Positions 25,726 to 33,274 of a stretch of 33,274 nucleotides of DNA are shown in pieces. The position numbers were made by a program, and so were the translations under genes. Below the pieces are notes generated by a model, which did no database searches, had not been told where the DNA came from, and saw only the letters and a program-made list of their open reading frames with translations. Position 1 is the stretch's first letter. Each line of letters starts with the position of its first letter. Origin of the DNA: an uncultured Candidatus Saccharibacteria bacterium (GTDB lineage: Bacteria; Patescibacteriota; Minisyncoccia; Phycocordibacterales; DATDWN01); the NCBI GenBank assembly GCA_964594005.1, contig CAZQKP010000002.1, positions 1-33,274 of the forward strand, read 5' to 3'.

Positions 25726-27407
25726 TTTATATTTGGAGCATTGTGACAATCATAAATCTTTGCGGACATAGCTTTATCAGTTTCATTATATATAATCTGG
25801 CAACTATTAAAGTATCTGGCATAAATTGTATTTTGGTCAAAACGTGGTACATCTAGAACAAAATAGTCTTCTTTATATTTATTTAGATTTGCGATCTTAT
25901 CAGCAAAGGCAATGGGGTCGTTGTCAAATTTTGGATCAATATAAAGTCTTTTACGATACTTGCCAATTTGTTGAATATCAAAGCCACCATTGTCATTGTA
26001 AGTAGTGACCATATCTACTTTCGGATTATTTTTCATAAATTCCACTGCGTGATGTAAAAGCTTTGGCGCCGAACCATTTATTAAACCAAATAAATATTCT
26101 TCCATAAAAACTCCATTATAAATTATGCCTAATGGAATAAGAAACGAGACTGCGAGTAAACGGTGTTTGGAACTAACTAAACCCCAACCAGTCGCAAAAA
26201 GCGAAACAAGCCAGACTGATGCCATAAAGAGAAAAGAGACATAAAAACCTAAGGGACCGGAGCCTCCTGAAAAAGGATACAGAAAATTCCATTTTAGACT
26301 CAAGATGCGACTAATCCACTCTGTTTTGGGATTAAGCGGTGGCACATAGTGATTTATAAACTCTAGAGCAAAAAATAAAATAGATAAAAGTGAGGCAAAT
26401 ATAAAGAATTTCTTGTTTAATTTTTTAAACTGAGCTAAAGAAACTGCATTCATGACTGACAAAGGTAGGACTAGTAATTGTAAATAACGATCCAATGCTC
26501 CCGTTGAGAAATCAAATAAAACAACATAAAAAATAAAGGCAAAGATTAAAAAGAAAATAAAAACTCTTAATTTAGGTAAATCCTCTTTTTTTATAAATAA
26601 AGAGATAAAAACCAAGAAAGGCGAAGAATAAAGAAATGCTTTAACACACTGGATAAATGTCTGAAGCCATCCTTTATTTAAAGTGGCAAAGTGCTCCCAA
26701 TACGAAAGTGAAGCAGATAAATGAAAGAAGGGAAATATCTTTTGAGACAGAAATAGAATTAAAATAAACACGATGATCGCCGAAGCGAGCCAGCTAAGAT
26801 ATTTTAAAACGTCTTTTTTGGACAAATAATTTCTTCTGGACCACAAAAAATCAGCAAGGATTGCGCCAACAGCTAAAACAAAGCTAATTTTCACTAATAA
26901 CCCGAATAAAGAAGAAATAATTAGTAGAATCCCCCATTTGTACTTTTGTTGACCTTCTGTATTTAGTAATTTCGTGTAACCTATGAGAGACAAGAGAAAA
27001 AAGAAGGGTAAAATTTCACCATCGGTATCAACCATGAGTGATGCAAGAATAGAAAAATAAGCCAAAGACCAAATTAGAGATGCAAGTATCCCTTCTTTTT
27101 TACCAAAATTTTCCCGAACAAAATAATAAAGTAAAAATAAATTTAATGTACCAAAAAATAAAGGCACAAAACGAAAATTCACATTAAAACCAACAATATA
27201 ACCTGATGTTTTATAAATTAATTCACTTAAGGGCGGGTGTGGAATCGAAACATCACTTACATAACCCGGACTAGTTATAAGTGGCCACTTGTATTCGTCT
27301 TGATGTAGGGGCAGATGAACACCTGGAAGACGAACCAAAAGAAAGACTAAAATAATTAGAGGTAAGAATATTTTTTCGTTAGTAAAAATATCTCTTATTG
27401 CTTTCAT
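25722..27407 (-). CDS. GT-C-fold membrane glycosyltransferase (ArnT/PMT_2-like)
   Basis: 561 aa with about 12 hydrophobic segments. LHQDEYKW follows TM1 (the GT-C acidic loop position). A C-terminal soluble domain is present. Confidence 0.55.
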   Translation of the reverse strand: MKAIRDIFTNEKIFLPLIILVFLLVRLPGVHLPLHQDEYKWPLITSPGYVSDVSIPHPPLSELIYKTSGYIVGFNVNFRFVPLFFGTLNLFLLYYFVRENFGKKEGILASLIWSLAYFSILASLMVDTDGEILPFFFLLSLIGYTKLLNTEGQQKYKWGILLIISSLFGLLVKISFVLAVGAILADFLWSRRNYLSKKDVLKYLSWLASAIIVFILILFLSQKIFPFFHLSASLSYWEHFATLNKGWLQTFIQCVKAFLYSSPFLVFISLFIKKEDLPKLRVFIFFLIFAFIFYVVLFDFSTGALDRYLQLLVLPLSVMNAVSLAQFKKLNKKFFIFASLLSILFFALEFINHYVPPLNPKTEWISRILSLKWNFLYPFSGGSGPLGFYVSFLFMASVWLVSLFATGWGLVSSKHRLLAVSFLIPLGIIYNGVFMEEYLFGLINGSAPKLLHHAVEFMKNNPKVDMVTTYNDNGGFDIQQIGKYRKRLYIDPKFDNDPIAFADKIANLNKYKEDYFVLDVPRFDQNTIYARYFNSCQIIYNETDKAMSAKIYDCHNAPNIK

Positions 27408-27416
27408 GTTTTTAAA

Positions 27417-27422
27417 AATATA
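27417..27422 (-). promoter_or_regulatory. -10-like hexamer TATATT, 9 nt upstream of the GT-C ATG
   Basis: The minus strand reads tttgtTATATTtttaaaaacATG, with no SD. Confidence 0.3.
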
Positions 27423-27439
27423 ACAAATTAATCGTCTTT

Positions 27440-27477
27440 TTGATATCTATTGATAAATCCTAAAATTATGTTATCTT
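27440..27477 (+). promoter_or_regulatory. Host-composition promoter candidates upstream of the DUF218 gene
   Basis: Two options are TTGATA (27440-45)-15-TAAAAT (27461-66), or TTGATA (27450-55)-16-TATCTT (27472-77). The SD GAGGTG at 27487-27492 lies 4 nt before ATG 27497. Confidence 0.3.
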
Positions 27478-27496
27478 AGCGCGAGAGAGGTGCCGC

Positions 27497-28102
27497 ATGG
27501 CATTTATTGACTGGCTTGCAAGAAAGTGGGCAGTCTCAGATAACCCGCCCACTCACGCCGACCTGATCTTCGCGGTTGCCCACGGGAGTGTCAGAGAACG
27601 ACCGTCAAAAGGTCTGGAGGCTGTTGTAAGCAAGACCGAAGAGCTCACGAAGAGATACGCAGGGATGATTTCCCAGCCCTTCGTCGCCTTCGGAGAATTC
27701 ACGTACTCGGGGCCAACATCAAGGGATGTGGAAGCGGAATTCAAGCTCGATCACTTTCCCAAGGGCCGCTTCATCGGGCTTGTGGCAAGCACAACCGAAG
27801 AAGCAATGAAAGCCTACGACCTCGCGGCCAGGCTTCCGTGTGACCCGCGCAAGATCGTGATTGTGACCGATGAGTCACATTCGCGACGCTGCCGCCTGAT
27901 CTGGCAGGAATTCTTTCCGCTAGCAGAGATCTTCATCGTAACCGTCCCCCTCCGAGACGTTGTAGAGAGAAATAGCCCGATGTGGGCATACCGCGCCGCC
28001 TGGCGCATTCTCCTGCTCAACATCGCGCTCACACCGTTGTTCGCCGCGATGAAGCGCGAGCAAATGGAGAAGCTCTGCAAATTCCACCAACCCACATTCT
28101 AA
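27497..28102 (+). CDS. DUF218 (YdcF/SanA/ElyC-like) domain protein, high-GC foreign gene
   Basis: ADLIFAVAHGS, ASTTEEAMKAYDL and IVIVTDESHSRRCRLIW match the order and character of DUF218 motifs. A C-terminal hydrophobic helix is AAWRILLLNIALTPLFAAM. Third codon positions are G/C-rich. Confidence 0.6.
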   Translation: MAFIDWLARKWAVSDNPPTHADLIFAVAHGSVRERPSKGLEAVVSKTEELTKRYAGMISQPFVAFGEFTYSGPTSRDVEAEFKLDHFPKGRFIGLVASTTEEAMKAYDLAARLPCDPRKIVIVTDESHSRRCRLIWQEFFPLAEIFIVTVPLRDVVERNSPMWAYRAAWRILLLNIALTPLFAAMKREQMEKLCKFHQPTF

Positions 28103-28111
28103 CCACTTGTA

Positions 28112-28145
28112 CCCGCTGCCAGAAATGGCAGCGGGTTTTGTTATT
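28112..28145 (+). terminator. Intrinsic terminator of the DUF218 gene
   Basis: Perfect 10-bp stem CCCGCTGCCA / TGGCAGCGGG with a GAAA loop, followed by TTTTGTTATTT. The T-tract runs into the stop codon (28141-28143) of the convergent methyltransferase gene. Confidence 0.85.
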
Positions 28146-28779
28146 TCTTCGCCACAAAAAGCATTTGTCCTGCAAAAGGTTTAACCGGTGATTTTAAATA
28201 AGTTCGAACAATAAGAGGGTGAAGTGGCATTAATTTGGGACGGGAAGCCAAAGAAAAAGGCAAAAAACGTGGTTTCTCTAATTCAATATTAAAGCCAAAA
28301 CTTATTAGAAACGCTTTTAAGGAAACATCTGAGAAAACTTTTTTATGGGTTGGATCATCAAAATAAGTTTTGGAAGATAATCTAAAATTTGGCTGCATTA
28401 ATATAAGTCTGCCTTTCTTTTTTAAAACTCTATTTACTTCTTTCATGGTTAAAGAAAGCTCGTAGTCGGTTAAATGCTCAAAAAGATTGCTAGCAAAAAC
28501 TACGTCCACCGAATCTGTTGGGATTTTACTCATATCGGTTACGGACGACTCGATAGTCTTAACATCCTTATCTGCGTATTTTTTAAAATCAGGTGAGTGA
28601 TCTAGGGCAATTTTATTTTGCGCATCTACATTATTAATAAAATCACAATAACCTGCACCTAAATCTACAACTGTACCTTTTGCTGGAATGAATTTCTTTA
28701 AATATGAAACAATTTCTTTCCAAACTACGGAGCGATCGTTGTTCCAAACATATCTAGATTTGTAATAAGAGTCTTTCAT
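28141..28779 (-). CDS. Class I SAM-dependent methyltransferase
   Basis: Motifs VVDLGAGYCDF and VFASNLFEHL...GRLILMQPN. Confidence 0.85.
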   Translation of the reverse strand: MKDSYYKSRYVWNNDRSVVWKEIVSYLKKFIPAKGTVVDLGAGYCDFINNVDAQNKIALDHSPDFKKYADKDVKTIESSVTDMSKIPTDSVDVVFASNLFEHLTDYELSLTMKEVNRVLKKKGRLILMQPNFRLSSKTYFDDPTHKKVFSDVSLKAFLISFGFNIELEKPRFLPFSLASRPKLMPLHPLIVRTYLKSPVKPFAGQMLFVAKK

Positions 28780-29495
28780 TAAATGTTTCTGAAGCGGTAG
28801 TAAATAATCATTGGTATCATTTTAGCGCCTAAAACTGCGGCTTTCCAGATACTGCCTGTATACATCGACTGCCCGATTCGCGGTTTAAACATAATTGGAA
28901 TTTCAATCGGCATAAATCCTTTCTTGATTGTCCAAATCATAAATTCGGGAGACCATTTGCCATCGCCACTAGACAATGGAAAAAGTGGAATAATTTTTTG
29001 AAGCGCTTCGCGGGAAATAAGTTTGTAAGTGCAACCTACATCAGTGAATGTAGAACCGTTGTGAATAATTTCTAAAAGTTTTGCCACGGCCCAGTTGCCA
29101 AAACGCACCGGAAAGGGCATGAAAGCTCCAGACCAAATACTGGCTCTAGAAGTCCTGGTACCAAAAACCACCGGAAAATTTTCGCTGTAGAGTAAAAATT
29201 TGTGCAAATCATTGGGATCAAATGTACCATCTGCCTCAACCATAACAATTAAGTCTCCCCTTGCTTCTTTTAGCCCCCGCATGAGCGCATGGCCGTAGCC
29301 TTGATGCTCACTTTCGAGTACCCTTCTCGCTTTTGTTTTTTCAATCTCCTCCTTTGTATTACCCAATGCATTATTATCAACCGCGATAACTTCGTCTACA
29401 AAACCAGTCGCAAAAAAACCGTTGATAACCGACCTTACAGAATCTGCTTCATTATATGTACCAAAAACTACGCTTACTTTTTTATTCTTATACAT
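28779..29495 (-). CDS. GT2 glycosyltransferase (DPM1-like)
   Basis: Motifs VVFGTYNEADSV, VDNNALGNT, GYGHALMRG and MVEADGTFDP. Its TAA shares one base with the downstream ATG. Confidence 0.88.
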   Translation of the reverse strand: MYKNKKVSVVFGTYNEADSVRSVINGFFATGFVDEVIAVDNNALGNTKEEIEKTKARRVLESEHQGYGHALMRGLKEARGDLIVMVEADGTFDPNDLHKFLLYSENFPVVFGTRTSRASIWSGAFMPFPVRFGNWAVAKLLEIIHNGSTFTDVGCTYKLISREALQKIIPLFPLSSGDGKWSPEFMIWTIKKGFMPIEIPIMFKPRIGQSMYTGSIWKAAVLGAKMIPMIIYYRFRNI

Positions 29496-30519
29496 TAGAG
29501 TTCATTATAGTATAGAGTTTGTCTATTAAATTCGAGAGGCTCTGCGACTGTGAAAATTTTAAAAGTTCTGGTTCAATCTTTATCTTAACGTGTGGTTCCA
29601 AAAGTTTTTTTATAGAATCCGCGATATTTTCTTTATTATTTAAGGTGAGACATTCCATCGGTAACAAATTAGAAAGTGAAGAATTGGAAACCAGAGGCAT
29701 TGCCCCACAGCTAGCTGCTTCAACAATTGTTTTATCAAACGAACCGGAATCGGTTAGGTTGAGACAAATATCGAAACTGCTATAGATTTCAGGCAACTTG
29801 TCTTGGATGACCGCAGGTAAAAAAGCTACTGTATTAGTTAAATTATTTTCCGTAACAAAATCTTTTATTTTCTCAAAATAAGACATATTTTTCTCACCAG
29901 GAGATCCAATCACAGCAAATGATACCTGAAAACCATTTTGAACCAACAATTCTACCGCCTCCACCCCCATATCAACGTGTTTAATTGGAGAAATTCTGCC
30001 AATCATACATATTGAATATTTTTTGCGAACCGCACCTGGTATTGGTTTAAATAGATCAGTATTAATCCCCGCTGGCATAACAGTAGTTTTCTTATATCTG
30101 GCAGTAAAAGAATCCTTGGAAGTACAGAAAACACCTGTTGAAAGAAAAACTGCAACCCTGGTTAAAAATGATCCCTTGGGGTGGTTTCGCCAAAGATAAA
30201 CTGGAATATTTTTTATTTTCCAATATAGTCCAGCAAGTAAAACATACTCCTCATTCATGTGCACAAAGACACGATCGTATGAGCCAGAAATTAAAAAAAG
30301 ATACTTAAATAATTTAAGAATATACCCAGCTTTAGAAGTGCTGCTCTCCTTGCCCAAAGAATACACTGTGACATTTTTTGGCAAATCAAAGTTGCCGGCT
30401 TTAAGACAAATCACGAGAACCGAATCAAATTTTTTAGCAAACTGGGTAAGCCAATCATGCATGAACCCCAGTACGGGGTCATTTTTATCAACTGCCTGAG
30501 TTAAAATAAGTAATCTCAT
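29488..30519 (-). CDS. GT-B fold (GT4-like) glycosyltransferase
   Basis: 343 aa. N-terminus MRLLILTQAVDKNDPVLGF and a C-terminal nucleotide-sugar-domain-like segment DKTIVEAASCGAMPLVSN. Confidence 0.8.
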   Translation of the reverse strand: MRLLILTQAVDKNDPVLGFMHDWLTQFAKKFDSVLVICLKAGNFDLPKNVTVYSLGKESSTSKAGYILKLFKYLFLISGSYDRVFVHMNEEYVLLAGLYWKIKNIPVYLWRNHPKGSFLTRVAVFLSTGVFCTSKDSFTARYKKTTVMPAGINTDLFKPIPGAVRKKYSICMIGRISPIKHVDMGVEAVELLVQNGFQVSFAVIGSPGEKNMSYFEKIKDFVTENNLTNTVAFLPAVIQDKLPEIYSSFDICLNLTDSGSFDKTIVEAASCGAMPLVSNSSLSNLLPMECLTLNNKENIADSIKKLLEPHVKIKIEPELLKFSQSQSLSNLIDKLYTIMNSNV

Positions 30520-30923
30520 AAAACTACGCTGCCTTGATTAAAAATATATTTTTTAGAAATCGGGAAGGTGCACAATGCGGTGCAAATACCAGCAATAATT
30601 ACACCGATGATTGGTAATATCCCAAAAAAATGAACACAGACATACAAAACTAACGTGTTAACTCCTAACCCAAAAATCGAACTGAGAAGATATAGAATAC
30701 CTTGGATATGAATTCTGTCGGTGGATAAATCTTTAAAGGTCCAAAATTTCTGCAGAACCAAACTGACTCCAAATGCCAAGACAAAAGCAATGATATTGGA
30801 AATAAGATAGTGAATGTGAAAAATATAGAAAAGTAAAGAAAAAACAGACAAATTAACAAAAGCGCTTGTCCCACCAGAAATTATATACCGTACAATTAAA
30901 TGTTTAGTAAAATAATTTATCAT
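30516..30923 (-). CDS. GtrA-family small membrane protein (polyprenyl-phosphate-sugar flippase-like)
   Basis: 135 aa with four hydrophobic helices and the N-terminal signature RYIISGGTSAFVNLSVFSLLFY. Confidence 0.85.
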   Translation of the reverse strand: MINYFTKHLIVRYIISGGTSAFVNLSVFSLLFYIFHIHYLISNIIAFVLAFGVSLVLQKFWTFKDLSTDRIHIQGILYLLSSIFGLGVNTLVLYVCVHFFGILPIIGVIIAGICTALCTFPISKKYIFNQGSVVL

Positions 30924-32056
30924 TTGGTTAATTTCTCGAGTAACCCTACATACCTGCTTACATATTCCTCCTTGGAAATTGAGACCGCCTTAATACTATC
31001 CTGCATCTTTTGACTAAACAACTTCCCTTTTTCGGGATTCGTTATTAATTCTTCGATGCTTTTAGCTAGACAATCAACATCCCCGACTGGACAAACAAAA
31101 GAATTTTCCCCGCTTTTAAATAAACCTGTTTTAGCCAAACCTACCTTCGTTGTTACTACAGGAGTCCCTGCTACACTTGCTTCAACTAACGTCATGCCAT
31201 AGCCCTCAAATTCCGAAGTCAAAAGGAAGACATCAGCAAATTTATAAAATTGTAATAATTTTGCCCTATCTACCCAGCCCATTAATTTTATCGACACTCC
31301 ATCTTTTTTCGCCATTGCCTCTATATTTTCTCTTTCCTCACCCTCACCACATATAATCAGAACAACATCAGAAAGCTTTTCTTGCACTCTTTTCATTACG
31401 TGAAGTGCGATATCCAATCTTTTTTCTTTCGAAAGCCTGGAAGCCATGAAAACGTATCTCTGAGGAAAATCCGCTCCTAATTGTCTGCAGTCGATTTCTG
31501 TGTGATCTTTAACTGCTTCTGCATCGACAAAAATTGGTAGAATCGTTATTTCAGCCTTAAGGTTTGCGAATTTTTCTTTGACTGAATCAAAAATTACAGA
31601 ACTGACTACCCGTATCTGGTCTGCATTTCGAATTACATATCCGGATGAAAGAACTCTTAACCTATTTAAAAAAGAATTTTTAAAGTAAGGACTTAGGAAA
31701 TCAGTGTGAATCTGAACTTGCAGTGGCATTCCAGAAAAACACTTGAGACCCACACCGACCTTACCGCACTCAAATGGATCCTGTACTGTTATAACTCCCC
31801 CAGGATTTAAACTTCTTTCTCGTATGATCTTTTTTCCCAAAAGTATTGCATCTCGAATATATAAAAATTTAGAGGGTGAGTTTGTCGGATAAATATATAG
31901 ATTATTTTTGTGAAATTCCTTTAATCCAAGTTTTTTTACAGAAAAAACAATGATGTGAAGCTCTTCCATTTTAGAAGCATACTCCAAGGATCGTGCCATA
32001 ACGGCACTATTCTCTTCAAATAATTTTCTGTCTGTACTAATGGACAAGACTTTCAT
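30920..32056 (-). CDS. GT4 (GT-B fold) glycosyltransferase
   Basis: 378 aa with motif SEFEGYGMTLVEASVAGTPVVTTKVG. Confidence 0.88.
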   Translation of the reverse strand: MKVLSISTDRKLFEENSAVMARSLEYASKMEELHIIVFSVKKLGLKEFHKNNLYIYPTNSPSKFLYIRDAILLGKKIIRERSLNPGGVITVQDPFECGKVGVGLKCFSGMPLQVQIHTDFLSPYFKNSFLNRLRVLSSGYVIRNADQIRVVSSVIFDSVKEKFANLKAEITILPIFVDAEAVKDHTEIDCRQLGADFPQRYVFMASRLSKEKRLDIALHVMKRVQEKLSDVVLIICGEGEERENIEAMAKKDGVSIKLMGWVDRAKLLQFYKFADVFLLTSEFEGYGMTLVEASVAGTPVVTTKVGLAKTGLFKSGENSFVCPVGDVDCLAKSIEELITNPEKGKLFSQKMQDSIKAVSISKEEYVSRYVGLLEKLTK

Positions 32057-33069
32057 TTTATTTTGTTAAATAAATCAATATATTCTTGCGCAATATCACT
32101 CCAGGTGTGAGTAAAAGAAAATTCTTTTATTTTTTCTATCTGTTTTAGATAATTATCAGAATCAAGAAGCCATAAGACTTTTTTCTTAATATCTTCCTCC
32201 TTTTTTGGGTTTATAGTTATAGCAATATCACTTATCCTATCCATAAAACCGTTTTCTTCTGTTATTATAAAAGGCTTATTGAGACTTATGGCATCAAGAA
32301 TTAAATGATGACTTATATCCCACAGTAATCCCAAAATGACAGCGTAAGATTTTGCCATTTTTTCTAAAAATTCCTTATGAGGAGAGTTGGATATGTCGAG
32401 AGCTACATTTTTTGATCTTATCTCATCCTCTAAAAATACTTTTTGAAGAAAATCTATGTTTTTCCATTTCAAAGGCCTGACACCTGCAATGAAAGTCTTT
32501 GGGCCTGGTCCTGTATTATCAAAAGATGAATTAATTTTTTCGTAATGATTTTCAATAATTATGATCTTACTATTATCTAGCATGTAGGGTTTTAGAAAAA
32601 TATCTTTCTGCCATTTTGTGCTGAAAACTAGAACGTCAACTTTTTTTAAAGTCCACTTGGTAATCCGAAAGATTATTCTTTCCTTTAAAGAAAGGCTTTG
32701 TATTCTTGTGTCGTAAAAGTTCCGGAGGAGAACCAGATCATTTGTTCTCTCGACATATCCCTCCCACAAAAAATCACCACCTGTCCTAATTACTATTTTC
32801 TTTCCAAATATCCGAGATGCAAGGGTTGCTGGAAAACCCACACTAAAAGTGTCTAACGCAAAGACAACGTCTGATTGAATCAACGCTGGGATTATTTTTA
32901 TAAAAAAGAATAAGTGTCTTATACCAGTCGGCAAATAGTTTTCAATACCATAAGTCTTCACTCTGACTTCGTGCCCCATCTTGGACCACAAGTCATTCAT
33001 GTTCTTTGCGTACTGAGCTGGACCAGAAGTTTTTGGTGGATATATTCCTGTAGCAATAACTATCTTCAT
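32053..33069 (-). CDS. GT-B fold (GT4-like) glycosyltransferase
   Basis: 338 aa. N-terminus MKIVIATGIYPPKTSGPAQYA and a C-terminal segment LILDAISLNKPFIITEENG. Confidence 0.75.
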   Translation of the reverse strand: MKIVIATGIYPPKTSGPAQYAKNMNDLWSKMGHEVRVKTYGIENYLPTGIRHLFFFIKIIPALIQSDVVFALDTFSVGFPATLASRIFGKKIVIRTGGDFLWEGYVERTNDLVLLRNFYDTRIQSLSLKERIIFRITKWTLKKVDVLVFSTKWQKDIFLKPYMLDNSKIIIIENHYEKINSSFDNTGPGPKTFIAGVRPLKWKNIDFLQKVFLEDEIRSKNVALDISNSPHKEFLEKMAKSYAVILGLLWDISHHLILDAISLNKPFIITEENGFMDRISDIAITINPKKEEDIKKKVLWLLDSDNYLKQIEKIKEFSFTHTWSDIAQEYIDLFNKIK

Positions 33070-33274
33070 GGAGTTACTTTATTAAAAACTTCAGCCATCT
33101 GCTTGGCCACATCGTCCCAAGAATAGCGCAAAATGACCCGATTATAGGCTTTTTTAACTATTCTATCTTTTAGTACGGGGTCACCCAAAATAAGTGACAC
33201 AGCTTTGATGATGCTTTGCGGATTATCCGGAGAGCAAAAGATTCCAGTTTCGTGATCATCAATAAAATCTGGAA
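33066..33274 (-). CDS. GT4 glycosyltransferase, C-terminal fragment (the gene continues beyond the right edge)
   Basis: Not in the ORF track. The minus-strand frame reads PDFIDDHETGIFCSPDNPQSIIKAVSLILGDPVLKDRIVKKAYNRVILRYSWDDVAKQMAEVFNKVTP*, a classic GT4 C-terminus. Its TGA overlaps the next ATG (ATGA at 33066-33069). Confidence 0.75.
   Translation of the reverse strand, partial: PDFIDDHETGIFCSPDNPQSIIKAVSLILGDPVLKDRIVKKAYNRVILRYSWDDVAKQMAEVFNKVTP

Noticed and set aside
27553-28191. Overlapping ORFs in island 2 (27553-27744 -, 27814-28095 -, 27982-28191 +)
   Set aside because: This is the same high-GC artefact. The 27497-28102 frame carries the DUF218 motifs and is preceded by the SD, and the terminator follows it.
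1-33274. CRISPR arrays, tandem repeats, IS elements or toxin-antitoxin/defence genes
   Set aside because: By eye I found no regularly spaced direct repeats, no transposase-like ORF and no recognisable defence-system domain. The remaining short antisense ORFs in the track lie inside well-supported genes and were ignored; examples are 240-437, 1257-1454, 4468-4662, 5057-5269, 9188-9424, 9967-10209, 10690-11176, 13050-13247, 14902-15102, 19162-19368, 21331-21555, 29289-29785, 30257-30499, 30665-30874, 31150-31356 and 32914-33126.

Overview
Low-GC, gene-dense bacterial DNA. Sampled 60-nt lines give 16/60 and 21/60 G+C. Almost all genes are on the minus strand, with many 1-, 4- and 8-25-nt start/stop overlaps. 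The left edge holds the 3' end of a large serine recombinase, a bidirectional terminator and secA. A ~650-nt non-coding gap follows, containing two long stem-loops and a terminator. From ~3.7 kb to the right edge there is one continuous envelope-glycan locus. It contains an O-antigen-ligase/TPR fusion, a Wzx-type flippase interrupted by a single in-frame TGA, four GT-C-like multi-pass membrane proteins and four DPM1/GtrB-like GT2 enzymes. It also holds six GT4/GT-B enzymes (one truncated by the window edge), GtrA, four clear SAM methyltransferases plus two methyltransferase-like ORFs, an AsnB-type amidotransferase, Gmd with a DegT aminotransferase, and a Dabb protein. The most unusual signal is two ~0.7 kb islands at about 58% G+C (35/60 in sampled lines), at 22.3-23.07 kb and 27.48-28.14 kb. 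Each carries a single plus-strand gene: an HD-domain phosphohydrolase and a DUF218/YdcF-SanA-ElyC-like protein. Each has a canonical GAGGTG Shine-Dalgarno and a perfect GC-rich hairpin/T-tract terminator. Both are inserted head-on exactly at operon break points. The host genes, by contrast, lack SD sequences, and their operon-leading genes have -10-like hexamers only 5-10 nt from the ATG (leaderless style). No rRNA, tRNA, CRISPR array or transposase was recognised. The overall style is reminiscent of CPR/Patescibacteria, but that cannot be established from this window.
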